In this document: positions 1 to 19,204 of the stretch, piece by piece
Layout: each line of letters begins with the position of its first letter
Numbering within the stretch: position 1 is the stretch's first letter
Assembly (NCBI RefSeq): GCF_009914755.1
Contig: NC_060929.1
Origin: the human T2T-CHM13v2.0 reference genome, Homo sapiens
DNA: 64,000 nucleotides
Reading direction: 5' to 3' (one strand)
Program-made: the position numbers and the translations under genes
Notes under the pieces: generated by a model
What the model was told of the DNA's origin: nothing
Database searches by the model: none
What the model saw: the letters and a program-made list of their open reading frames with translations, nothing else

Positions 1-1692
1 ACTGTGCTTTTAGGCACATGACTTCACATAATGCATAATTGAAAACTGGAGCACATTTTCCCCCCAGTGATTTTACTAAATCATTCCTTTGGTAGAACTT
101 CTTAAAGGGAAATATATGGCATAGAGTTGTTAGTTTTTATAGTACTATTATACTATGAGTAAGCAATGTTATTGATTAAACAATTAACTTTTGGATTAGC
201 CTTGTACATTTATATTGTAATATATCATAACACTTTTCTATGGGAATATATATTACAAATCATAAACTTATAAATAAATATTAAAAAAAAATTATCATAA
301 GTTTGAAACTGCCTTCATTATCTGCGATGTATTTGATAAAGTTCCCAGTGATATGCAAAAATCTCAGGAGTTTTCTTGGACTTGAATACAGAGGAAATCT
401 AAATTTACACATCATTATTCCAAACAAGCTACTAAAACTTCACTGCAAGAGGGATGAGTCATTTTTGATCAATATCCATTTATAGACAAACCACAGAGTG
501 AGTGTATTAATTTAGAATTTTAAAAGTGAATTACACACTTTCATCAAACCAACAAAAGTGTACATTAAATGAGGCTGTGGTAACACAGAGCTCAAAGACC
601 AAGTATTTATTAATAAAATGTAGGCTTTCTCTTCTTAAATATGTTAAACACATTTCCTTAATGTTTGTAAAGAGAGCTGAGAACCTCAATTCATACTCTA
701 TGGGAATCACTGGAACTTTTTCTTAAGAAGAAAGATAATACTGTACTTGTTCTTAGCCTAAAAGCTAAGAATTGATAAAAAATAAAAAATATATAATATA
801 CTTGCTTTTAAATTAAGAGTCAATAAGTAAGTACTCCGCAGAGGTGGAAATGAAAGGCTTTGTTATTAGCCAGCTGCTAAGTATGTAGAAAAATTTTGGT
901 TGAGAAAAACAGTAATTAAACTGAGCTTGTTTGCGTCTTATAAATGATACCAACTTCAGCAACAAATAGATGAAAAATAATATTTTCAACCTTCAATTTG
1001 AAGTCAAGTCATTGGGGAATTTGAATAGAAATTACTAACCAAACTTAATATGCTGTTAATCTATTTCCTATGGCCTTAATGAATGACTAACAACAATTTC
1101 TGCAAAAACTAACAAACAAACAAACAAACAAAAAACCTAAATTACTCTTCCAGAGTTAGGATATTAGAAAAGTTTCCTAGTGTAGCATTTCCAGAGACAT
1201 GAGTATTTTAAGTGCCTTATGTTTTGGTTACATTTTATTATATTAATCTATTTAAACTACCTATCTATATAGTCTTTGGTAAATGCCTGATTCAAGTAAT
1301 TTCAGTTTCCATTTCTATATTAATATTAATATGTGATGAGATGATTGTCAGCAAACTTAGAATAACATATATAAGAATATGATATATACGTAAGTGTGTG
1401 TACGAAAAGTATGATATGAATAATAGCAACATGCAAGCCAAAAATCTACCCCCTCACCCACTTCTCACAAAAAAAAAAAAAAAAAGAGAGAGAAAGGAAA
1501 ACAAAAAAGAATAGTGATTACTCCTTTGGTAAAACTTCTTAAACTTAAGAAATCCTAGGAGATGTTTTCTGGCGTAGTGTATTATAAAATAAAATGCTTT
1601 TTTTGGGAATATGAGGCCATTTCTGCCACTAACCATTTGTTTCACTTAAAAGGTAACACATCTTCTCTGATCCTCCATTCCCTCATTTATAA

Positions 1693-1909
1693 CAGGGAGC
1701 AGCAAACTAAAGAACAAAATTTAGCCTGAATTTTGGAATAAAATACCAAAAATAAAGTTTTATTGGAAAAAAAATGACACCCATTTACAAATTGTTCATG
1801 GCTGCTTTCTCATGTCAATGTAGAGTAGACTAGTTGCCACAAAGATTGCAGAGTTTGTGAAACCTAAAATATTTACTCTCTTTTTATAAGAAAGTTTGTC
1901 AAACCCCTG
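1693..1909 (+). mobile_element. MER58A-like hAT-Charlie MITE
   Basis: Ends CAGGGAGCAGCAAACT...AGTTTGTCAAACCCCTG (terminal inverted repeats); internal AATAAAGTTTTATTGGAA and CCTAAAATATTTACT motifs; 8-bp TSD ATTTATAA/ATTTATAT (7/8). Confidence 0.85.
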
Positions 1910-3178
1910 ATTTATATAAAATAAAATATTATTTAAGCTTTTCCCTAATTCCAGTACTCTAATATTCAGTACTAATTTTTAAAGTAGATTTGAATTTTAA
2001 AAAGTATACTCAGTTTTACTTACATATAGTTTAAAATAAAGAGTCATAATAGTTGATGACAGAAACAGTAATTGTATACAATGCTGAATATGACAATGGG
2101 TAGCTTAGATATTTCAGAGGCACAAAAATAATTATACTGAATTTAAGACTTATTATTATAGAAAAACCTTTCAAATGGTCATGGGAAAATAGGACTCATT
2201 TCTATATATTTTACTTTTAAATAGTCATTATGGAAAAAATTCAAATATCTTTCAAGTAGCCAACATGGGGAAATATATTTAGGCTTATTTTCATGTTTTT
2301 AATAAGTAAATCTTATTTTATTATAAATTATGTTTTTGGGTACAACATATCAGTGCTTAATGCTTACAAAAGCCTCTATCTGACCTTATGTGCACCAACC
2401 ATTGCATGCATCCCAAACTAAGACACACTTGAGTGAATGATTTCTAATGTCCTTCTCCAAATCTAAAAATGCCTGTGTCAAATCCTCTGGCTGTAGTATT
2501 CTTTCCTGACTTGTCAATTAACTATATCAGTTTCCAATCTGTGTGAAAAAAAAACTTGGAATAAAGCAGATTTACAGTAAATATTTTTATCAAACCATAT
2601 GCCCACCACGTTTATATTTCATAAGCAGGATAAATAATATCTCATGCATAAGTGGTCATCTGTATTTCAAATGTGTATTACAACCATAGTCATTAGTAGA
2701 GTAATATTTATTTCAAATATTTCTGTATTTTTATTGATATGAAAATCAGATTCTTCTACTAAAAATAATTGGAAACCACTAGAAATGACGTTTAAAAACT
2801 CTTCTGTCTTCTAGAATTGTTATTGCCTCAGTTAAATGTGGAGTTTCGTTTCCATGCCATTTTAAGTTTGACTTGGTCTCACTATAGCAATAAAATACTT
2901 ATGATAATGTAGGAAGTGGACTGAAATGACAAAAGTATGTATGTGCACATATAAACAATAATACAACTGATAGAGGGTAGAGTTTCATAATGCGTTATAA
3001 TTTAATCTCATCAATGACTGGCTGTTACAAAGACTTCATCATCCAGTGTATCACCAGGAAAAAAATGGCCCTGCATTCAACTTAGTTAAGAAGTGCACAT
3101 CTCAGTAATAAATATATTTGGATAGTTGAAAAACATAAATGCAATCATGGACAATTCTATTTTACTTTAAAAATGTAG

Positions 3179-3580
<402 letters not shown>

Positions 3581-4094
3581 AGAATAAGCTTTTTAAAGAA
3601 AAGCTCATGTACATCTTAAAAACAAAAGCCATAGGAAGTATTTCCAGAGTGATGGGGTGTTGGCCTTTAAAAATGTACTCCTTCATAAAAGCAATAAGAA
3701 TGCTGGCAAAATTGTTAAAATCAACTTTTTCAGAACTTTAGAAATTACCAAAAGCTTTCTAAGAAGCATTTATTTAAGGGAAAAAAAAGTGTGGCTTTTG
3801 GTAAAACATTGAATTTTATGGCATGTTAAAATGCCCTGTTCCTGTTCCTTCTCTCTAGCTCCATTGTAGCTTTGCAAATGAACACTGTTAAGAACTGTTA
3901 AGATCAGCAAACTAGTAATCACTGGAGGGACAGAATGAGTTTGGAGTGCCCCAAAATGTCACATTTCTGAGAATTGTCATTCTTGTTTGAAAACTCCATT
4001 GAAAATCCCATCAGAAAACTTGTCTTTATTTGGCTTGACTTAAAGTTCATAATATGAAGAAGGCTATGTTCAGTGCATTTGTCAAAAAGAATTA

Positions 4095-4625
<531 letters not shown>

Positions 4626-6717
4626 CTAGAAAAGATCGAAGAAGATCCTCATTTATCAATACTGGCTGACCTTGAGGCTTTGTGTGAATAGAAGGTAAAA
4701 ATTAAGTAATAATTTTAAACCCACGGAACACTGAAGGAATCATCCCAAAACACACAGAGTAAAAACTGAAACAATTACTAGCTTAAGGTATTTAAGGAAA
4801 TCTCTTCCCAAATATTAGCTGTTCACTAAGCTATAGAGCTGAGACTTTAGCATCAGCCATACACCATGAAGAATACAAACTTTTACGGAATTTTTCCATG
4901 AAAGTCACTAAACAAAAAAATAGAAACGAAACAAATGCCAGGAGGTGGGGTGGTGGGGAGTAATCTAATCCCTAGAGTTGCTATTCCACATTTTAAAAAC
5001 ATGGATAGTATTTAATTAAAATTTACAAGACAGGCTAAAAAAAAAAAAAAGGGAAATTATAACTCTAATACAGGAATAAAATGAGTCAATACTAACTGTT
5101 CCTTACAAGCCCAGATGATGGACTTACTAGACAAAGACTTTAAATCACCAATTATAAACACATTTCTTAAACTAAAGGAAACCATGTCTAAAGAATTAAA
5201 ATAATATTTGAGAATAATGAATCACCAATAGAAAATGTGAGTAAATACATAAAAATTATTTTTTTAGAAAATAGAAATTTTGAAATAGAAAAGTACAGTA
5301 AATAAAATGGAACAACTTTACTAATTTTTTTCTTTTGCTCATCCCTAGGGAAACTCAACAGCATATTTGAACTAGAAAAGAAAAACATCAGTAAACTTGA
5401 AAATAGGTCAAGTGAGAGTATGTACTCTAAGTAATCCAATGAAAAATGAACAGAACATCAGAATCTATAGAACAATATCAAATGTGTCATATCATAAATA
5501 ATGTGAGTCCAAGAAGAAGGGAAAGGGGGACAGAAAGAATCAAGAATTAATGGCCATAAACTTCCTAAAATGGATAAAAACATTAATCTACACGTCTTAT
5601 TTGCTCAAGGAACTCTAAATAGTACAAATTTAAAGATATATAAACTTATACATAAAGTAGTAAAAGATAAAAAGCCAAAGGGAAAACATAATAATCTTGA
5701 AAGCAATAAGAGAAAAATAATTTCTTCATACAAAAGATTCTCAATGTAATTAACAGCTGACTCCTTATCAGAAACCATGGAGGCTAAAACAGATTGGAAC
5801 AACATAATAAATGTTGAAACAAAAAGACGATCAACAAGAATTTTAAATCCAGCAAAACTGTTTTTAAAAATGAAAAAGAGATTAGGACATATATAGATAA
5901 AAAACAAAAAATAATGCTAAAATTATTTGATGTTTATAGACTTGCCTTACAGTAAATAATAAAGTGAATCCTTCAGGCTGCAATGAAAGAACCCTAGGCA
6001 GTAACTCAAATTCACACAAAGAAGTGAAGAGCACCAGTAAAGGTAGCTACGTGAATATATATCAAAGATAAGATAATAGATTTTTTAATTGCAAAAATTT
6101 TTGATGCAAAGACAATTGAATAAAGCAATCATTATAAAACTTTGTGAATGGGCTTATGACATATAAAGATCCCATTTGTATTACAAATGGTAGGACAAAG
6201 GAGGGTAAAGGGAATGGAATTATATTGGAGCAAAATTTATGTATGCTAATGAAATTAAATTGGTAGTAATCCAAACCAGATTTTTTGAAAAATAAGATAG
6301 TAAGACAATTCAGATTACAAAATTGGGAATGAAAGTGGTGGCATTACCACAAAAATTTAGTAACTTAGAATGAACAATTTTTTATAAAGACATATATTGC
6401 AAAATTGATTCAAGAAAGATTAGAAAAACTGAACAGTCCTATAACATTTGAAGAGATAGAATAAGTAACAATGAAAACCTCACAAAGAACAGTCCAGGCC
6501 CGGATGATTTCACTGTTAATTTCTACCAAGTATAAAGAATGAACCTTAATTCTTCATAACATCTTCCAAAAATAAAAGAGGAGGGAACACTTCCCAACTT
6601 ATGCAATGGGGCCATTACGACCATGACACCTAAATCAGATAAAGACATGGAAAAAAAAACAATGCTGGAAACCAATATATCTTATAAATATATACATGAT
6701 AATTTAAAAAATACTAC

Positions 6718-6976
<259 letters not shown>

Positions 6977-8924
6977 CTATAAAAAGTATTATTTACCATC
7001 ACCAAGTAGGAAATATCCCAGATGGTAAGGTTGGTTTAACTTACACAATTCAATCAATGTGATATATCACATTAAGAGAAAAACAGGGAAAAAAAAACTC
7101 ACTCCACTATACAGATTCAACTCACTAGGTACATTAAAAAACACATAAGAAAATTTAACACTAATTTATGATTAAAACACTCAACAAACTAAGAAAATGA
7201 AGAAACTTTCTCAACCTGATTAAAAATATCTATAAAATCTCACAGATAACCGTGACTGAATGTTTTTTTTCTCTAAATTCAGGAACTGAAACGGATATCT
7301 TCTCTCACTACTTACATTCAGCATTATATTGTAGATTCTAGCCAGGCCAATTAAGCAAAGAAATAAAATAAATAAATAAATAAATGGTACCCATTTATAA
7401 GGAAAGATACCTCTGTTAGCAGATGACATAATCTTGCATACAGACAATTCTAAGAAATAGACAAAAGAACTTTGGAACTCATAAACTAATTAAACAAGGT
7501 AATAGGATACAACATCAATATATAAATAACAACTGTATTTCTATACATTAGCAATGAAAAATCCAAAAACAAAATTTATAAAACAAGTCTACATCATGTA
7601 GTATACATTTAACCAAAAGAGTGCAAGACAAACACATTGATGACTACAAAATATTTAAAGAATTTAATGAAGACTTAAATAAATGGCAACACATCTCATA
7701 TCAGTGTGTCAGAAGACTAAATATTGTGAAGATGATTTCTTCCCAAATTAACCTACAGATTATTTGGTCATCCTGTCAAAATCCCAGGGGTTTGTTGTTG
7801 TTGTTGTTGTTTTTGTTGTTGTGTTGCTGTGCAGAAGTTGGCAAGCTAATTAATATGAAAAACAAGGCACCCAAAATATGCCAATCTTGATAAAGAACAA
7901 AGCTGGAGGACTCTTCCCTATTCCAAAGCTTGTAATGAAGCTGCAGTGATGAAGAGAGTGTGGTACTGGCATAAGACTAGACATACATCAATAAGATAGA
8001 ATTGAGGAAACTAAAATAAACCCTTATATTTATGGTCAGCTGCTTTTCAACAAGGGTGTCAAGACAATTCAATGGAGGAAAAAAGAGTCTTTTTAACAAA
8101 TGATGCTGGGCAACTGGTTAGACACATGCAAAATATAAAAACGACAACAACAAAACCCTCAAAGTGTTCCACAGACTTATATGCAATAGCAAAAATAGAA
8201 AACTCACATAGAAAAATAAGTCTTTGTGATTTAGATTAGGCAATGTTTTCAATGTATGGCACCAAAAGCAAGAGAGACACAGGAGAAAAGTAGATACATT
8301 GGAATTTATCAAAACAAACAAACAAAAAAGTTTCTTCTACAGAGGTTGCCATCAAGAAAGTGAAGTCAAGAAGTGAAGTCAAGCCACAGAATAGGAGGAA
8401 AGGCTGACAATTTATCTATCTGATAATTCCTGTACCCAAAATATAAACTCTTAGAACCCCACAATAAAAAATAAATAACACAATTAAAATGTATATAAAG
8501 GTATTTAGTGGATATTTCTCCAAAGAAGATATACAAAAGGTAAACATACACAGGAAAAGATGCTCATCATCATTAGCAAGTAAATGCAATTCAAAACCAC
8601 AATATGGTACTATTTTATACCCATTAGACTTGCTAAAATAAAAGACAGAGAATAACAAGTATTGACAGAAATGTGGATAATTAGGAGCCCTTATGCATAG
8701 CTGGTGGGATAATGAAGAAGGGAAACAACTCTGGAAAACATTTTGGCAATTTCTGAAATGCTAACATAAAGTTAGCACATGACCTAGCAATTTTACTTCT
8801 AGGTATATACCCAGAATAATTAAAACTACATTTCCACATAAAAACTTACAGATGAATGTTTACAGAAGCATTATGCATAATAGCTAAAAGCATAAGCTCT
8901 AATGTACATAAACTGAAATAAAAA

Positions 8925-8995
8925 TTTTATTTATTTTTATTTTTTTATTTTATTTTATTTTTATTTTATTTATTTATAAATAAATAAATATTTTA
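8925..8995. repeat. (TTTTA/TTTA)n low-complexity tract containing a 24-bp palindrome
   Basis: TTTATTTATTTATAAATAAATAAA at 8965-8988 is self-complementary. Confidence 0.85.
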
Positions 8996-9285
8996 TTGCT
9001 GCTGCAACAAATTACCACAAACTTCATGGCTTCAAACAACACAAATTTATTTTCTTACATTTCTGGAGGTCAGAACTCTAAAATCATTGTGTTAGAAGGC
9101 CTGCATCCCTGCTGGGAGATCTGAGAAATAATCTGTCTCCTTGCCTTTTTCCAGTTTCCTGAGTCCGCCTGTATTAATTGGCTTTATTTCCTACCTCCAT
9201 ATTCAAAGCCAGTAACACAGGTTCTTCTCTTTCTTCTGAACTTCTATCTTTCTCTACAAATCCTTGCAATCCAAACTGGATTTTG
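8993..9285 (-). mobile_element. MLT1 (ERVL-MaLR) LTR fragment
   Basis: TTGCTGCTGCAACAAATTACCACAAACTT...AAACAACACAAATTTATT...TTCTGGAGGTCAGAA is the reverse of an MLT1 3' end. Confidence 0.75.
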
Positions 9286-9482
9286 GCTGTAGACACCTTT
9301 CTAGTTCCTAGAACGAAGACATTTGTGAGATAACCTATGTTTCCTAACCTGGGATTTCTGAGATATCTTTGCACCATTCCTGAAAATTCTCTCATTTGTG
9401 CTTAAGGTATTTTGATTAGGATTCTTTCACTTTCAATCAAAACACACTTGACTAGGATGAGTTTTATCCTAAAGGCTTTATT

Positions 9483-9977
9483 TGAAGCCAGCCCAATTGT
9501 CCCATAGAACTGATGTTTATGGTTTCTCTTGAACAAACATAGAAATTGACCCTCCCAATCTTAAAACTTAAGAAAGATGCATTTGTCTTATCTGAGTTCC
9601 GTTCTCAAGAACCAAGCACCAGGTCTCCCAGATAGTATGAGGAACTGAAACTTACTGGATCACTGCATCTGGACATGAAATGCCAGTTCCTGCAACCATC
9701 ATAGTTGCCTAACCAATGGCCTGCTTCCTGTTGAACCCTCTCTCTTCCTCACACCTCCCTAATTTATGTTTTTCCACACACCATTACATTTTTTCCCTGC
9801 TATATAATCCCTTCATTTCAGTTGGTCAGGCAGATAAATTTGAGACTAATTTCTCTTCTCCTTGGCTGAAGAACCTGATTGAAGTCTTCTTCCCTGGCAG
9901 TGCTCATAGTTTCAGTGATTTTCTTTCTGTGCAGTAAGCGGCAGGACCTAGATGGAAACCCTGGTGTTTCATTAACG
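9483..9977 (+). mobile_element. ERV1-class (MER4-group-like) solo LTR
   Basis: Starts TGAAGCCAGCCCAATTGTCCCATAGAACTGATG; TATA-like CTATATAA at ~9800; ~500 bp; family not assigned with certainty. Confidence 0.65.
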
Positions 9978-9990
9978 TAATCTTTCTACT

Positions 9991-10289
9991 GGCCGGGTGC
10001 GGTGGCTCACACCTGTGATCCCAGCATTTTGGGAGGCTGAGGCAGGTGGATAATTTGAGGTCAGGAGTTCAAGACCAGCCTGGCCAACATGGTGAAACCC
10101 CATATCTACTGAAAATACAAAAATTAGCTGGGCATGGTGGTGCACACTTGTAATCCCAGCTACTCTGGAGGCTGAGGCAGGAGAATTGCTTCAACCAGGA
10201 AACAGAGGTTGCAGTGAGCCAAGATTGCACCACTGCACTCCAGCCTGGGCAACAGAGTGAGATTCCATCTCCACTCAGCCAAAAAAAAA
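9991..10289 (+). mobile_element. Alu (AluSx/Sz-like)
   Basis: Full dimer starting GGCCGGGTGCGGTGG; TSD AATCTTTCTAC at 9979-9989 and 10290-10300. Confidence 0.92.
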
Positions 10290-11019
10290 AATCTTTCTAC
10301 CATGCCTCTCTGACTAAACCTCCACTTTACCTCCCTTTTCTTCTTTTCCAATCACCACATACTTTTTCTTCCCTATTTTATACTATGCTCTGGTTTCTCT
10401 CTAGATCATATAAATCTTTTGCCTGTTACTACAAACATACTGTAAATTTGAAACAATTCACAAGACTAAATATTTAAAATTGAGTGGAATCAATAAGATA
10501 TTTTTATTTCAATGTTACAAATTATAGTTTTATTATTTACTAAAGCTCTCACTTTGGGAAAGTTCTGTATTTGCTGTTTCTGCAGTTTTAATTTTTATAA
10601 AGTGAGAAGACTGACATTTATGCCTTCTAAGGTCTACTCCAACTAGTTGAATCTATGACACCTACATTTATTAATGATAATGCAGTGAGAGAGGCATTTA
10701 ATTAGCTCCTGCAAAAAATCTAGCTAAAATCTAATGAGGGCTTGAGCTATGTGTCATGGTATCAGGGATAGAGCTGTAGGGCAGAATCCAAAATAAAAGA
10801 TAAATATCCATGTACTTTAATAATTTTATTATAATAAAAATTTAGAAAAATGAATTGGATATTTATTTTTCATCTTAACTAGAAGAGGCAATTGCCTTAC
10901 AAATAATTAATTTTTAATCATTAAATATTTCCAGTAAGGGCATATTCTTGACACCCTTACGGGAGGAGGTGATAATACACAGTTTTAAGAACCTTAACTT
11001 TATGGTCAAATTGCCTGAT

Positions 11020-11215
11020 GTAATGTTTCACAAAACAAAATGTGTGGGCTTTCAGTATCAGAATTCACCTGTAGCACTTATAAAACTTATTTAAATTATT
11101 TCAGAGCCCTGTTTTACAGCCACTGAATCTATATTTCTGGAAGTGAATGTTTGGACTCACCATTTTTACCAAAATCCCCAGGTAATTCTCATACACATTA
11201 TGTTTGAGAATAACC
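11020..11215. mobile_element. MER5-like hAT MITE
   Basis: ATCAGAATTCACCTG...CACTGAATC...CCCCAGGTAATTCTCATACACATTATGTTTGAGAA motifs. Confidence 0.6.
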
Positions 11216-11667
11216 AATCCGAGTTCAAACAATAAGTAGGTTCCCATTTTGTTTGGAAATATTTTACAATTACATGTTTCTTTAGCAGCAAAAAGGTAAG
11301 ATCATTTAATTAAATTACTTAGGCTGATTTGATGACTTACATAATGCAGTAAACAGTAGCTATAATAGCATTTTTATAGACTGTTATTGTAGTGAGATGT
11401 TGACAGTGTTAGTTTGTAGACAAGATCAGTTGGTAGACTAATAGAACAGCTGGTAGAGCAGTAGACCAGTAGAAAGGCAGTGATTCATACATTGGTCAAA
11501 ATATTCTTATAACTCTAAGATGAAAGTAATACTTAAATATTTTCAAGTCCAGATGGCCTTTAGTGAATTAATAGGGTCTCTCTGAGAACTTCACCATCAA
11601 GTATTGTATAGACTACTGGAGCAGCCAGCCCATAGTGGTGGAAATAACCAAGCCTGAATTTCCTGAT

Positions 11668-12102
11668 ATAGCAGATACTGCTAGCTGTTAGCTCAAAATC
11701 CATTCCCTTAAAAGAGTCTCATTTTTGTTTGATAGAAAAAAATTACCCAGCTGAAAATTTCCCAGCCTACCCTATGGATAGGGCAGATAGTGATAGTCAA
11801 TGAGACATTATGGAAGATTTATTCCTGTCACATTTTCTCCTCCTTGTCACTCCATTTGTTCTCCTGCCTGGAACATAGGCTGGGGGCTGAAAGGTAGTAT
11901 ATATCTTGTGACTAACAACAAAGATGAAATCAGTCACATCTAAGAGTGGCAGAATGGAAAAATTGTATGAGTTTCATGACATCTGCTGCACTAGTCGTGA
12001 CAGCCTTCTAGATTTCCTAATGAGAAAAATAACTTCATGTTTGATTAAATTACTATATTTACATTACTATTGCTTGTTCTTCAGTATAATCTGTAACTGA
12101 TA
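11668..12102 (+). mobile_element. Old MLT1 (J/K-like) LTR
   Basis: TAGCAGATACTG start, CTCCTGCCTGGAACA internal motif, TAACTGATA end; very diverged. Confidence 0.5.
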
Positions 12103-13220
12103 TGATTGGAGAATTTTTAACAAATTGACTTTATGGTGATGGCAAGGGTTTCTTTACTTCATTCCTAGTAATACATTTGAAACAAATACCTTCACCAGAC
12201 GTTGCCCAATAGAGCATACCATTTTGTTAATAATAAGGTGAGCTCCTTTTATCTGAATCCTATACTGATGAAATAAAAAATAAAATTATAATATAGAAAT
12301 ACTCAAAATAAAACAGTCACTTATCAAATTGGTACCCTCCTGAATACATTATATTTGCATAAGATCAATCCCATACCCCAGTGTTAAAAATTTTCTGTCT
12401 GTTACTCAGAAAATACAAGGAAAATCTCTTTAAAAAAATGAAAATAAGTTTTATAGAAAAATTTTATAGAAAAATATTTCATTAAGTTTATAAAAGTGAT
12501 GTTAGGGAACTAATAAAGAAGCTCTTGACAAATAGAAAAAGTGAATTGAATAATTTCTTATAATGTGACCACTTTTGTCTTTTACAAAATTACACAAAAA
12601 TGTTAGCATTTCATTAATCATTTTTTCTAAAAATCACGAAAGGGGTAAATTCTAAGTATTGTTATATATGACAAAATAAAAGTTAATAATATTTATGTTC
12701 AAGCTGTGATCTGAACTTGTTTTATTCACAGTTTATTATTTACTTAACCAAGTGTAGTAACTACTTACAATACCCATATTAAATGTCAGACATTGGACTA
12801 AATATTTCCTATATTATCTATAGTTTTCACTATTATACCATATAAGCATTCATATTTTTACTTATCTAGGAGAGTTTGAAAGAGATTTAGTAACTTTACA
12901 AAGTCACAAACATGATTGGCCTATACTCAAATAAAAAATTTCATTTTAGTCCAGTTTTGAATTATTTCCATTTTGACAGTTCACATTAAAACTTTTCAAA
13001 CTTTTACCAGTTTTGGGTGAACTCTCTTTTCTAAGTTCCTAAACTTTATCTGTAAACTCCAAACAGTAAAAAACACACAGAAGATATTTAAAAATCTGTT
13101 GATCATGTAGCATCACATTAAAGAAATTAAAGAACAATGATTTGTTATAACATATATTTGAATAAAAATAGCTTTTTTTTAGAAGATCTATAATATTTCT
13201 GACTCTATTTTCTGGAAGAG

Positions 13221-13411
13221 TCATATAGTTTGGATTTTCATCCCCTCCAAATCTCATTTTGAAATTTGATCCCCAAAGTTGGAGGTGGGGTCTGGTGAGA
13301 GGTGCTTGGGTCATCGGGGTGGACCCCTCATGAATAGTCTGTAGAACTACGAGCCAAATAAATATCTTTTCTTTATAAATTACCCAACCTCAGGTATTTC
13401 TTATAGTTACA
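13221..13411 (+). mobile_element. MST (MSTB-like) MaLR LTR with internal deletion
   Basis: TATAGTTTGGAT...CCCCTCCAAATCTCAT...CCCTCATGAATAG joined directly to TGTAGAACTACGAGCCAAATAAA...TATAAATTACCCA. Confidence 0.75.
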
Positions 13412-14005
13412 TATAGTTCTTTTAGTTATAATGTATATTTATAGTCTTATTCAAATTATTTATTCTTGTGTGAGTTTTAGTAACTTCTGGTTTTCAAGGA
13501 ATTTGTCCATTTTATTTAAGTTACCAAATTCATAAACAGAGTTGTTTATAATGTTTCTTTATTATCTTTTTAATGTTTATAGGATCACTAGACATGGTTT
13601 CAATTTCATTTATGATTTTTATAATGGGTGCCTTCTCCCTTTTTTCCTGGTTAGCCTGCTAGAGTTTTATCAATTATACTGAAGTTTTGGTTTTATTATT
13701 TTTCTCTATTGTTTCCTTGTATTAAATTGTGTACATTTCTATATTATTTTTTATTATTTCTTTCTTTAGATTTAAGTTTTTATTGCTCTTCTTTCTCTAG
13801 ATTCTTAATGTAGAAGCTTAGATTATTTATTTTACATCTTTCTTCTTTTCCAATATGTGCTTTCAATGCTGTAAATCTCCATCTAAGCATTGCTTTCTCT
13901 GTATCTGATATATTTTGATAAGTGTGATTTTCATTGAGTCCAAAATGACTTTGCTTTGTGTTGAGATGTCTCTAACACTTGTGTTGTTTAGAAGTGTGCT
14001 GCTTA

Positions 14006-18379
<4,374 letters not shown>

Positions 18380-18861
18380 GAAGTGTGCTGCTTAATCTCC
18401 ATGTATCTTAGGGGTTTCCACCTAGCTTTTTCTTATTGATTTCTAGTTTTGTCACATTGTGGTCTTAGAATATACATTCTCTACAAGTATAATTTCTATT
18501 CTTTTACATTTTTTTGAGGTGTCTTTTATGGCCCAGTATATGGTCTACCTTGTTGAATGATTCATGCAACTTTGGGAAGAATATTGAGTCTACTGTTGTT
18601 GAAGGAAATATTTGATAAAAGTCAATTAAATCCAGTTGATTTATTCTGTTCAATTATACCTCATTTATATATTGCCTGCTGGATCTACCTATTACTGAGA
18701 GAATTATGTTGAGATCTCCAATACAACAGTGAATTATCTGTTTCTCCTTGGAATTTTATCAGTATTTTCCTAATTTTTTTTTGGTGCCCTGTTGTTGGGC
18801 ACAGACAGATTAAGGATTCTTACAACTTCTTGGAAAATTATCTCTTTATCATCATGTAATG

Positions 18862-19204
18862 CAGGGGTCCCCAACCCCAGGCCATTAAAGGGTCTGTGGC
18901 CTGTTAGGAAATGGGCTGCACAGCAGGAGGTGAGCAGCCCAAGGGCAAGCATTACTGCCTGAGCTCTGCCTCCTATCAGATCAGCAGTGGCATTAGATTC
19001 TCAAAGTAGTGTGAACTGTATTGCAAACTGTGCATGTGAGGGATCTAGGTTGTGCGCTCCTTATGAGAATCTAACTAATACCTGATGACCTGAGGTGAAA
19101 CAGTTTCATCCCGAAACCATAACCATGCCCCTTTCTCCACTGTCCATGGAAAAATTGTTTTCCATAAAACCAATTACTGGTGCCAAAAAGATTGAGGACC
19201 ACTG
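18862..19204 (+). mobile_element. MER1B hAT-Charlie element
   Basis: CAGGGGTCCCCAACCCC...AAAAGATTGAGGACCACTG termini; 8-bp TSD ATGTAATG/AGGTAATG (7/8). Confidence 0.88.
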
